A stretch of DNA of 64,000 nucleotides from assembly GCA_046295215.1 (NCBI GenBank), contig JBKBNP010000012.1, positions 15,410 through 79,409 of the forward strand. Reading direction: 5' to 3'. Shown here piece by piece: positions 10,656 through 19,169 of this stretch. This stretch comes from Pseudorhodobacter sp. (lineage in GTDB: Bacteria > Pseudomonadota > Alphaproteobacteria > Rhodobacterales > Rhodobacteraceae). The notes beneath the pieces are model-generated. The model worked only from the letters and a program-made list of their open reading frames with translations, was not told the DNA's origin and searched no databases. Position 1 is the stretch's first letter, and each line of letters starts with the position of its first letter. The position numbers and the translations under genes are program-made.

Positions 10656-10841
10656 ATGAACGCGATACTCGAACCCGGCATGTTCGTCCGGCATCCCGGC
10701 GAAGCCGACTGGGGACTGGGACAGGTGCAGTCGAGCATCGGCCCGCGCGTTACCGTAAATTTCGAGAATCGCGGCAAGGTGACGATCGACAGCCGCCGGA
10801 TCACACTCATGCGCGTGTATGACCCGAACGCCTCAACCTAG
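10656..10841 (+). CDS. DUF3553-family small protein
   Basis: 61-aa ORF at the C-terminal end of track ORF 10116..10841 (MNAILEPGMFVRHPGEADWGLGQVQSSIGPRVTVNFENRGKVTIDSRRITL). Matches my memory of DUF3553 proteins. Confidence 0.6.
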   Translation: MNAILEPGMFVRHPGEADWGLGQVQSSIGPRVTVNFENRGKVTIDSRRITLMRVYDPNAST

Positions 10842-11012
10842 GGACGTTTTGCGCCCGATTTCAACGGGTAATCCGCGCAAGGCCGGAAGGCAGGCGCAGT
10901 TCGCGGGCAAGAGTTGCATTCGCGTCGCGTCCTTTCTAGAACGGCCCGGCCTTGTGGGGCTGGCGGGGGGCTGGTCCGGTCGGGGAATCAGCAGGGAAAC
11001 GGGGGCGGTGCG

Positions 11013-11795
11013 ATGAAGGGTCGGGACAGTCATTATTCGGTCCGTCTGGCCCGGGACGCACGCGACCTGCGGGCCGCGCAGCGGCTGCGCTACCGCGTCT
11101 TTGTCGAGGAACTGGGCGGCGACGGGGCGCTGGTCGATCACGAAAACCGGTTGGAGCGGGACGCATTCGACGAGATCGTGGACCACCTGATCCTTGTCGA
11201 CAGGCGGTGTGATCCGGAAGCGCTGGAGGATGTGGTGGGGGTCTACCGGCTGCTGCCGGGCGCGCGGCTGGCACCGGGGGAGCGGTTCTACAGCGAAAGC
11301 GAGTTCGATCTGACCGCGCTGCGGGCGTCGGGGCGGCCGCTTCTGGAACTCGGGCGGTCCTGTGTCGAAGCCGATCACCGGGGCGGCACGGCGATGGTGC
11401 ATCTGTGGAACGGGCTGGCGGAGTATGTGCTGTCGCGCGGCATCGAGATCCTGTTCGGGGTGGCGAGTTTCCATGGCACGGATCTGGCGGCACTGGCGCA
11501 GCCGCTGTCCTTCCTGCATCACAACCACCGCTCTCCCGAGACGCTGCGGGTGCGGGCCATCGGGCCCTCGGCGGTGGACATGGCGATGCTGCCGCCCGAC
11601 AAGGTTGACCGCAAGACCGCGATGCTGGGCACGCCGGCGCTGATAAAGGGCTATCTGCGGCTGGGGGGGCATGTCGGGGAGGGGGCCTTTGTCGACCATG
11701 CCTTCAACACCACCGATGTCTGTCTGGTGATGGACACGGCCCGCATGTCCGAGCGGCATCGCGATTTCTACACGCGCAAGGCCGCATCGAAATGA
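11013..11795 (+). CDS. olsB: GNAT-type ornithine-acyl-ACP N-acyltransferase (OlsB-like)
   Basis: ATG at 11013 within ORF 10914..11795. OlsB/hemolysin-like sequence (LRAAQRLRYRVFVEELG...GVYRLL...ELGRSCV). ATGA overlap with the following PlsC-family gene, as in olsBA operons. Confidence 0.7.
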   Translation: MKGRDSHYSVRLARDARDLRAAQRLRYRVFVEELGGDGALVDHENRLERDAFDEIVDHLILVDRRCDPEALEDVVGVYRLLPGARLAPGERFYSESEFDLTALRASGRPLLELGRSCVEADHRGGTAMVHLWNGLAEYVLSRGIEILFGVASFHGTDLAALAQPLSFLHHNHRSPETLRVRAIGPSAVDMAMLPPDKVDRKTAMLGTPALIKGYLRLGGHVGEGAFVDHAFNTTDVCLVMDTARMSERHRDFYTRKAASK

Positions 11796-12598
11796 CGGAC
11801 TGGCGCAGCGACCGGGTGGCGGTGCGGCGGCCCGGTCTTGTGGCACAGGGATTGGCGGCGCTGCGGTTCGGGACCTTCGGATTTGTCGTCTTTGGCGGGC
11901 TTGCGGTTCTCCTGCTGGTCCGGCTGGTCGAGGCGCCGCTGAACGGGGCGGTGCGGCCTTGGTCCCCCCATGTCACGCAGGCCGTGTGCCGGCTGTCATT
12001 GATCCTGCTGGGGTTGCGGCTGACGATGCGCGGCCGTCCGATGCGTGAACGCGGCGCATTGGTTGCCAATCATTCTTCATGGGTGGATATCTTCGTTCTC
12101 AATGCCTGCGACCGGGTCTGTTTCGTGTCCAAGGCCGAGGTGGCGTCCTGGCCGGGGATCGGCTGGCTGGCGCGGGCGACGGGGACGCTGTTCATCGCGC
12201 GCGATCCGGCACAGGCGAAGGTGCAGCAGGCGCAATTCGAGGCGCGGCTCCGGGCGGGGCACCGGCTCTTGTTCTTTCCCGAAGGCACCAGCACTGACAG
12301 TTTGCGCATCCTGCCCTTCAAGACCACGCTTTTTGCGGCCTTTTTCACGCATGGGATGGAGGCGATCATGCATATCCAGCCGGTAACGCTGCGCTATCAC
12401 GCGCCCTTGGGCGAGGATGCACGGTTTTATGGCTGGTGGGGCGACATGGCGTTTGCGGGCCATCTGTGGCGACTGCTTGCCACGCCGAAGCGGGGGCGGG
12501 TGGAGGTGATCTTTCACGATCCCGTGGCGGTGGAGGATTTCGCGGGCCGCAAGCCGCTGGCGGCGCATCTGGAGTCGGTGGTGCGGCAGGCGGGGTGA
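11792..12598 (+). CDS. olsA: lyso-ornithine lipid / lysophospholipid acyltransferase (PlsC family, OlsA-like)
   Basis: HX4D motif (NHSSWVDI) and FPEGTS motif. N-terminal TM. Translationally coupled to olsB. Confidence 0.75.
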   Translation: MTDWRSDRVAVRRPGLVAQGLAALRFGTFGFVVFGGLAVLLLVRLVEAPLNGAVRPWSPHVTQAVCRLSLILLGLRLTMRGRPMRERGALVANHSSWVDIFVLNACDRVCFVSKAEVASWPGIGWLARATGTLFIARDPAQAKVQQAQFEARLRAGHRLLFFPEGTSTDSLRILPFKTTLFAAFFTHGMEAIMHIQPVTLRYHAPLGEDARFYGWWGDMAFAGHLWRLLATPKRGRVEVIFHDPVAVEDFAGRKPLAAHLESVVRQAG

Positions 12599-12626
12599 TC
12601 CTGCGTCGCCTTGCTGGACCCCGAAG

Positions 12627-12692
12627 CAGGGGGGCGCTGCCCCCCGTCGCGGGCCGCGATTCCCCCCGGGATGTTTTTGGACAGAAAAAGCG
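12627..12692 (+). repeat. REP-like bipartite element, copy A (two-hairpin variant)
   Basis: Hairpin GGGGGGC-GCT-GCCCCCC, second small hairpin TCGCG-GGC-CGCGA, then tail TCCCCCCGGGATGTTTTTGGACAGAAAAAGCGG. Aligns with copies B-E. Lies between convergent olsA and thiE. Confidence 0.8.
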
Positions 12693-12695
12693 GTG

Positions 12696-13316
12696 TCAGC
12701 CGAGCGGGGCGACAAGGGTCCTGAGGGTGGCCAGCGCATCGTCCGCGCCCCAGATTTCCGGACCAAAGGCGAAGAAATCGGTGATCGGGGCGAAATCTGC
12801 GACAAGCGCGGGGGTGAGCGCGCCTTCGGCGACCACCGGCACCTCGATCATTTCGGACCACCATTCGAAGATGTCGCGCGCAGCACGGCTGCCATCGCCG
12901 AGCGCGCTTTCGCCGACCGGGCCGAAGGTGACATAATCGGCGCCGGCCTCGGCTGCTGTGATGCCGTCATGGCGCAAGGTGCCGCAAGAGGCGCCGATGA
13001 TCGCCTCCGCGCCCATTTCCCCGCGCAGCTTGCGGATGTTGCGGCGCGTGTCGGTCAGATGCACGCCATCGAGCCCCAGCCGGTCGGCCAGCAGCGCATG
13101 GTTGTCCAGCACGATGGCCACGTCGCGGGCATGGGCAATCTCGCGCAGCATGTCGGCGGCGCGGCTGATCTCGGCTTCGTCGCGGGCGGCAAGGGACAGG
13201 CGCAGACAGGCGATTTCGACCGCGTCCAGAATAGATTTCAGCCGGTCGGGGAAGCTGTCGAGCGAGAAGGCGGGCGGGGTGACAAGATAGATCTGCGGGC
13301 GTTCGGTATCGGCCAT
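12696..13316 (-). CDS. thiE: thiamine-phosphate synthase
   Basis: ORF 12696..13574. Met at 13316 gives MADTERPQIYLVTPP..., a typical ThiE N-terminus. Also GLDGVHL and GASCG motifs. Confidence 0.8.
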   Translation of the reverse strand: MADTERPQIYLVTPPAFSLDSFPDRLKSILDAVEIACLRLSLAARDEAEISRAADMLREIAHARDVAIVLDNHALLADRLGLDGVHLTDTRRNIRKLRGEMGAEAIIGASCGTLRHDGITAAEAGADYVTFGPVGESALGDGSRAARDIFEWWSEMIEVPVVAEGALTPALVADFAPITDFFAFGPEIWGADDALATLRTLVAPLG

Positions 13317-13446
13317 GGATGCGGTCCTTCGCTGCGGTGCTGCGCGGTCTAGCGCAGTTTGCGGGGCTTTGCCATTGGGCTTGTCGGGGCTGGCTTGCAT
13401 GGGGGGGCCTGCCCGCGTATCAGGCGACAAAACCGTGAGAGGCCCG

Positions 13447-14205
13447 ATGCCCGACCCTGTTCCCTCCGATCCTGTGCCCCCCGTTTTCATCCTCGTGCGC
13501 CCGCAGATGGGCGAGAATATCGGGGCGGCGGCGCGTGCGATGCTGAATTTCGGGCTGGAGCGGCTGCGCGTCACCGATCCGCGCGATGGCTGGCCGAGCC
13601 CGAAGGCCGTGGCTATGGCGAGCGGGGCGGGGCGGCTGCTGGATCATGCCGGGCCGTTCCGCGACGTGGCCCATGCGATCAGTGATTGCGATTATGTCTT
13701 TGCCACCACGGCGCGGGGGCGGGAGCTGACCAAGCCGATCCTGACGCCCGAAGCCGCGATGGCAGAGGCGCGCGCGCTGGCGGCGGCGGGCAAGCGGGTG
13801 GGGGTGCTGTTCGGCCCGGAACGCACGGGGCTGGAGAATGACGATGTGGCGCTGGCCAATGCCATCGTCTCGGTCCCGGTGAACCCGGAGTTTCCCAGCC
13901 TCAACCTTGCGCAATGCGTGCTGCTCATGGGGTATGAGTGGCGCAGGCAGGGCGTGCCGGTGGAGCCGCGCGTGATGGAACTGGCGCGCACCGAGTTTGC
14001 AACAAGGATCGAGGTCGAAAAGCTGGGCGACCATTTCGAGGAGAAACTGGAGGCAGCGGGGTTCTTCTTTCCGCCGACAAAGGCCGCCGGGATGCGGCTT
14101 GCCTTGCGCAACATGTGGGCGCGGCTGGGGCTGACCCGCGCCGAGGTGCAGACCTTTCACGGCATGCTGCGCCAGATCGCGCGGCATCTGAAATCAGGCG
14201 GATGA
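13447..14205 (+). CDS. SpoU/TrmJ-type tRNA/rRNA 2'-O-methyltransferase
   Basis: ATG at 13447 in ORF 13315..14205. Motifs ILVRPQMGENIGAAARAM, VLFGPERTGL and SLNLAQCVLL are typical of TrmJ/LasT-like SPOUT enzymes. Confidence 0.75.
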   Translation: MPDPVPSDPVPPVFILVRPQMGENIGAAARAMLNFGLERLRVTDPRDGWPSPKAVAMASGAGRLLDHAGPFRDVAHAISDCDYVFATTARGRELTKPILTPEAAMAEARALAAAGKRVGVLFGPERTGLENDDVALANAIVSVPVNPEFPSLNLAQCVLLMGYEWRRQGVPVEPRVMELARTEFATRIEVEKLGDHFEEKLEAAGFFFPPTKAAGMRLALRNMWARLGLTRAEVQTFHGMLRQIARHLKSGG

Positions 14206-14216
14206 AAGCGGACATT

Positions 14217-14246
14217 TGACGCGAGGCGGGCTGACGCGAGGCGGGC
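14217..14246 (+). repeat. 15-bp direct tandem duplication (TGACGCGAGGCGGGC x2)
   Basis: Read directly from the sequence. The second unit overlaps the following hairpin. Confidence 0.9.
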
Positions 14247-14262
14247 TGTGGCTCCGCCCGCC
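14240..14262. terminator. GC hairpin between convergent genes (possible bidirectional terminator)
   Basis: GGCGGGC-TGTGGCTCC-GCCCGCC lies between the trmJ-like stop (14205) and the mipA-like stop (14265). No clear U-tract. Confidence 0.4.
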
Positions 14263-14264
14263 GG

Positions 14265-15092
14265 TCAGAACCCGAGCGAGATACGCCGCGTGACCCCGAT
14301 GCGCAGGCTAAGCGCATCGTCGCGCCCCTGTTGCACGATGGGCGAGGCCTTGGCATCGTTCAGATAGCGGTCATAGCGGATTGCCCCGTCGATGCCCCAG
14401 AGATCGTTGATCGCATAGGTGGCCCCAACCTCGATACCCGCGCTCAACGCACCGCCTTTGGCGCGGAAGGCGGGCAGGGCGGCGGAGGCCTCGCCCGGGG
14501 TCACGCCGAAATAGGTATTGGCATAATCGCTGCTGCCCATGAACAGGCGCGGACCTGCGCGCAGGGTCAGCCGGTCATTGGGACGCAGCACGAGGTTTGC
14601 GCCAAGTTCGCCCACCCAGGCCTTGTGGCCGACCACGCCATAGCGGACATCGGCATAGGCCTCGAAATTGCGCTGCGTGTAACCAAGGCCGAGGCCGAGT
14701 TCCACCGCGGCCTTCACATCGTTGAGCCCGGCAAGTTCCGCATGGTCGGCGGCGGAGCGCTTGGCGATATAGCGGAAGGAACCCCGCGGCACGAAGCCGT
14801 ATTGCGGCGTCAGGGGATCGGGGCTGCCGAGCGTGGCCCCGCCCGGCAAGCGCAGGAATTCGAAGCTGAGCGCGAAATCGGGACCTGCCTTGAGGTCGCG
14901 TGACCCGAAATAGGCGGGGGCCGCGCCGACACCGCCGCGCAGCTTGAACGCAAGACCGGGGCGGGGGGCCGGGGCGGGCGCGGGGGCGTAGACCACCGCA
15001 TCGCTGGCCGTGGCAAGGCTTCCGGCAAGGGCGGGTTGGGAGGCGGCGACCATCAGGCTGGCGAGGGCAAGGGCGGACAACACGGGTTTCAT
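14265..15092 (-). CDS. MipA/OmpV-family outer-membrane protein
   Basis: Signal peptide MKPVLSALALASLMVAASQPALA. Beta-strand-rich sequence ending in aromatic ...RRISLGF. Resembles MltA-interacting protein family members. Confidence 0.65.
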   Translation of the reverse strand: MKPVLSALALASLMVAASQPALAGSLATASDAVVYAPAPAPAPRPGLAFKLRGGVGAAPAYFGSRDLKAGPDFALSFEFLRLPGGATLGSPDPLTPQYGFVPRGSFRYIAKRSAADHAELAGLNDVKAAVELGLGLGYTQRNFEAYADVRYGVVGHKAWVGELGANLVLRPNDRLTLRAGPRLFMGSSDYANTYFGVTPGEASAALPAFRAKGGALSAGIEVGATYAINDLWGIDGAIRYDRYLNDAKASPIVQQGRDDALSLRIGVTRRISLGF

Positions 15093-15318
15093 CGGTTACT
15101 CCTGACGGTCGGGCACAGATATGCTCTATGTCGCGTAGCGGATTTCGCGACGCGGGGCAATCGTCAGGGAACGCACGAGACCGTGAAACGGTTCCGTCCC
15201 GGTCGGCGGCGGCAAGGCGGCGCAGAGGTTGGCGTGGGTGCGGCATGTCGGCCTCGCGCGGGGTCTTGAAGCGGGTTTGTGCGCGTCCTACTGTCCGGGC
15301 CGAGATGGAGGCGCTGAA

Positions 15319-16485
15319 ATGGCCGGCAAACGCAGCATTTTCGAAGAGGTCGCCACGACCGAAAAACCGGCTGCACCGCAGGGTGGGCTGATCGCGCGCG
15401 GAACGGGCGGCGCGCGACAGGCGATCCGGGCCTGGCTTTTGCTGCTGTTCGCGCTGGTCGTGGTGATGATCGCCGTGGGGGGCATGACGCGATTGACCGA
15501 CAGCGGGCTTTCGATCACCGAATGGCGACCCGTCACCGGGGCCTTGCCGCCGCTGAGTGCGGAAGCCTGGGCCGTGGAATTCGAGAAATACCGCCAGATC
15601 CCGCAATACCAGCTGGTGAACCGGGGCATGAGCCTTGAGGACTTCAAGGTCATCTACTGGTGGGAATGGGGGCACCGGCAATTGGGGCGGCTGATCGGGC
15701 TGGTCTGGGCTGTGGGGTTCTTCGGGTTTCTGCTGGCGCGGAAGATCCCGATGGGCTGGACCGGGCGGCTGGCGCTGCTGGGGGTTCTGGGCGGGCTTCA
15801 GGGGGCAATCGGCTGGTGGATGGTGGCCTCGGGGCTGACCGGGCAGATGGTCAGCGTGGCCTCCTACCGGCTGGCAACGCATCTGGGACTGGCCTTCGTG
15901 ATCCTCGGGCTCATCGCGTGGTATTTCTTTCTGCTCGGACGCAGCGAGGCGGATCTGTTGCAGGCGCGGCGGGCGCGGGAGGCAAAGCTGTTCGGCATGT
16001 CCACCGGGCTGATGCATTTCGCCTTTCTGCAGATCCTGCTCGGCGCGCTGGTCGCAGGCATCGACGCGGGCCGCAGCTTTCCGACATGGCCCCTGATGAA
16101 CGGGCAGTTCTTTCCGGCGGATGCCTTCTATGTGCCGGACGGGCAGGGCGGCAGCCTGCCGGTCTGGCATGCCTTCTTTGAAAATCCGGGGCTGGTGCAG
16201 TTCATCCACCGGATGTCGGGATACCTTCTGTTCGCCTTTGGTATCGTGGTCTGGCTGCGCGGGCGCAAATCACCGCATGGCACGACCCGGCGCGCGGCGG
16301 ACTGGATGGCGGTGATGCTGTTCGGGCAGATGGTGCTGGGTATCGGCGCTGTGGTGACGGCGGCGCAATGGCATGTGGCGATCAGCCACCAACTTGGGGC
16401 AGTGGCGCTGTTCGTGCTGATCCTGCGGCTGCGGCATCTGGCACTCTATCCCCGGCAGGGGTCAATCCGGGAAGGCAGGGCATGA
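15319..16485 (+). CDS. ctaA: heme A synthase (COX15/CtaA)
   Basis: ATG at 15319 in ORF 15229..16485. Motifs GGMTRLTDSGLSITEW and YWWEWGHRQLGRLIG plus multi-TM topology are typical of alphaproteobacterial CtaA. Confidence 0.85.
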   Translation: MAGKRSIFEEVATTEKPAAPQGGLIARGTGGARQAIRAWLLLLFALVVVMIAVGGMTRLTDSGLSITEWRPVTGALPPLSAEAWAVEFEKYRQIPQYQLVNRGMSLEDFKVIYWWEWGHRQLGRLIGLVWAVGFFGFLLARKIPMGWTGRLALLGVLGGLQGAIGWWMVASGLTGQMVSVASYRLATHLGLAFVILGLIAWYFFLLGRSEADLLQARRAREAKLFGMSTGLMHFAFLQILLGALVAGIDAGRSFPTWPLMNGQFFPADAFYVPDGQGGSLPVWHAFFENPGLVQFIHRMSGYLLFAFGIVVWLRGRKSPHGTTRRAADWMAVMLFGQMVLGIGAVVTAAQWHVAISHQLGAVALFVLILRLRHLALYPRQGSIREGRA

Positions 16486-17966
16486 AACACCACAATTCCG
16501 CCTATGACGAGATGATGGCCTTCCAGCGCCAGACCGAGGCGCTGGCGCAGATCGCGGGCCGTCTAGGCTGGGATCAGGAAACCGTGATGCCGCGCGGGGC
16601 GGCTGCACAGCGGGCCGAGGAAATGGCCGCCATCGAGGGCGTGCTGCATGCGCGCCGCACCGATGCGCGGCTGGCTGGCTGGCTGGAGGAGGTTCACCCG
16701 GTGGATGCGGTGGCGGTGGCGCAGGTGCGGCTGATCCGGCGCAGCCATGGCCGGGCCAGTCGCATCCCCTCGGATCTGGCGCAGGCACTGGCGCGGCTCA
16801 CATCCGCCGCACAGGGCATCTGGGCCGAGGCGCGGGCGAATGACGATGTGAAGGCTTTCCTGCCCACCCTGCGCGAGGTGGTGGCGCTGAAACGCGAGGA
16901 GGCCGCCTGTCTCGCCGATGGGCGCAGCCTTTATGACGCGCTCATCGACGATTACGAACCCGGTGCCACGGCGGCGAGCCTCGCGGCCATGTTCGATGCG
17001 TTGCGCCCGCGTCTGGTGGAGTTGCGCGGTGCTGCACTGGACAGCCCGCATCAGCCTGCCGATCTGCAAGGGTCTTTCGGCCAGGACGCGCAGATGCGGC
17101 TGGCGCATGATCTGGCCGCCGCCTTCGGTTACGATTTCACGCGCGGGCGGCTGGATCTGGCGGTGCATCCGTTCAGTTCGGGGTCCGGGTCGGATGCGCG
17201 GATCACGACGCGGGTGGTGGAGACGGATCCGTTCAACTGCCTCTATTCCACCATCCACGAGGTCGGCCATGCCTGTTATGAGCTGGGGATCGACCCCGAC
17301 TATGCGCTGACGCCCTTGGGCGCAGGCGTGTCGATGGGCGTGCATGAAAGCCAGAGCCGGATCTATGAGAACCAGATCGGCCGCTCCCGCGCCTTCACCG
17401 GCTGGCTCTACACGCAGATGCGCGAACGCTTCGGCGATTTCGGCAGCGCGGATGCCGATGCGTTCTTTGGCACGGTGAACAAGCTGCGCGCAGGCTTCAT
17501 CCGCACCGAAGCCGACGAGGTGCAATACAACCTGCATGTCATGCTGCGCTTTGATCTGGAACGCGCGCTGGTGTCGGGCGATCTGGGGGTGGATGATCTG
17601 GAAGCCGCCTGGAACGACCGGTTCAAGGCAGATTTCGGGCTGGAGGTGCTGCGCCCCTCGCTTGGCATGTTGCAGGATGTGCATTGGTCGGTGGGGCTCT
17701 TCGGCTATTTCCCGACCTACAGTCTGGGCAATCTCTATGCGGGCTGTCTGCACAAGGCCTTGCGCGCGGACCTGCCCGATCTGGATGCGGACCTTGCGCG
17801 CGGCGACACTGCGCGCGCGACCGGCTGGCTGCGCGAGAAGGTGCAGCGCCATGGCGGGCTGATGGAGCCGCAGGATCTGATTGCGGCGGCCTGTGGCGAG
17901 CCCCCTTCGGCAGAGCCGCTGCTGGATTACATCGAGGCCAAGTTCGGCGCGATCTACCGGCTTTGA
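16482..17966 (+). CDS. M32 carboxypeptidase (Taq-type)
   Basis: ATG at 16482 (ATGA overlap with the ctaA stop). HEXXH HEVGHACYE, DDYEPG, GVHESQSRIYEN and IRTEADEVQYNLH are M32 signatures. Confidence 0.9.
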   Translation: MKHHNSAYDEMMAFQRQTEALAQIAGRLGWDQETVMPRGAAAQRAEEMAAIEGVLHARRTDARLAGWLEEVHPVDAVAVAQVRLIRRSHGRASRIPSDLAQALARLTSAAQGIWAEARANDDVKAFLPTLREVVALKREEAACLADGRSLYDALIDDYEPGATAASLAAMFDALRPRLVELRGAALDSPHQPADLQGSFGQDAQMRLAHDLAAAFGYDFTRGRLDLAVHPFSSGSGSDARITTRVVETDPFNCLYSTIHEVGHACYELGIDPDYALTPLGAGVSMGVHESQSRIYENQIGRSRAFTGWLYTQMRERFGDFGSADADAFFGTVNKLRAGFIRTEADEVQYNLHVMLRFDLERALVSGDLGVDDLEAAWNDRFKADFGLEVLRPSLGMLQDVHWSVGLFGYFPTYSLGNLYAGCLHKALRADLPDLDADLARGDTARATGWLREKVQRHGGLMEPQDLIAAACGEPPSAEPLLDYIEAKFGAIYRL

Positions 17967-17979
17967 GAGGAGTGCAACC

Positions 17980-19152
17980 GTGAAGGGGCGGGGTGCCACC
18001 GGGGTCTGGCTGCTGGCGGTCGGGCAGACGCTGGGCTATGCCTGCCTTTTCTACATCTTTGCCGCGCTGATCCTGTTCGTCGAGGCCGATCTGGGCTGGG
18101 ACAAGCGGCTGCTGGCGGCGGGGCCGATGCTGGCGATCGGGGTGACGGCGGTGCTGTCGCCGCTGGCCGGGCGGCTGGTGGACCGGGGGAAGGGGCGCAT
18201 CCTGCTGACGGCCGGGCCTTTGCTGGGCGCTGTGGCGCTGGCGGGGCTTGCAGCGGTGACGGTGCCCTGGGCCTGGCTTGCCGCCTGGGCCTGCATCGGT
18301 GTCGCGCAGGCGATGAGCCTTTATGACGTCTGTTTCGCCTATCTGGTGCGGCGCTACGGGGCAGAGGCGCGGCCACGCATCATCAAGGTGACCCTGGTCG
18401 CGGGACTGGCCTCGACGCTGGCCTTTCCGGCGGGGGCGGCCCTGGGCGAAGTTTTCGGCTGGCGTGTTGCGGTCTTGGTGGCGGCCGGGGCCATGGCCTG
18501 TCTGACGCTGCCGCTGCACGGGTTCGGCACCTCCTGGATCCGGGCCGATACGGCGCTCGCCGATCAGCCCCGCGTGGTGGCCGCGGCCCCGGCGCCCATG
18601 CTGCGCAACCCGGCCTTTCTGGCGATTGCCGCCCTTCTGGTGCTGGCGGGGTTGAACCACTGGATGCTGATCGCCTTTCTGGTGCCCCTGCTGACCGGGC
18701 TGGGAATCGGGCTTTCCACCGCGATTCTGGCCGCCGCGCTGATCGGGCCGGCACAGACTCTGGGGCGGCTGTTCCTGATGACGGTGGAGGCGCGGATGGG
18801 CAACCGGGGCGCGCTGTGGCTGATGCTCGGCAGCATGATCGGGGCCTCGACCCTGTTGCTGGCAGTGGGGATGGCGCCACTGCTGGTCTTTGCCTTTGCG
18901 GCATTGCAAGGCTCGGCCATGGGGATCCTGACCATCCTGCGCCCGGCCCTTGTGGCCGAAACGCTGGGGCGCGCGCATTTCGGCGCGATCAACGGCATGC
19001 TGTCAATCCCGGCGCTGGCGGCATCGGCCATGGCGCCGGTGCTGGCGGCAAGCCTGTTGCAGGGGTTCGGTCCCTATGGCCTTGTGACCACCTGTTTTGC
19101 CCTGTCGCTGGCGACGCTGCTCGCCGCGCGCGCGATCCGGCCTGCCGCCTGA
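17980..19152 (+). CDS. MFS transporter
   Basis: GTG at 17980 in ORF 17881..19152. About 12 hydrophobic segments. The loop motif GRLVDRGKGR resembles the MFS loop 2-3 motif. Confidence 0.7.
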   Translation: MKGRGATGVWLLAVGQTLGYACLFYIFAALILFVEADLGWDKRLLAAGPMLAIGVTAVLSPLAGRLVDRGKGRILLTAGPLLGAVALAGLAAVTVPWAWLAAWACIGVAQAMSLYDVCFAYLVRRYGAEARPRIIKVTLVAGLASTLAFPAGAALGEVFGWRVAVLVAAGAMACLTLPLHGFGTSWIRADTALADQPRVVAAAPAPMLRNPAFLAIAALLVLAGLNHWMLIAFLVPLLTGLGIGLSTAILAAALIGPAQTLGRLFLMTVEARMGNRGALWLMLGSMIGASTLLLAVGMAPLLVFAFAALQGSAMGILTILRPALVAETLGRAHFGAINGMLSIPALAASAMAPVLAASLLQGFGPYGLVTTCFALSLATLLAARAIRPAA

Positions 19153-19169
19153 CGCCGGGTTCCTGACGC

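Noticed and set aside
13317-13446. Possible TPP riboswitch upstream of thiE
   Set aside because: Reading the minus strand I found neither the CTGAGA/ACCTGATCTGGATAATGCCAGCG-type conserved cores nor a plausible THI-box fold. The region is simply a divergent promoter spacer.
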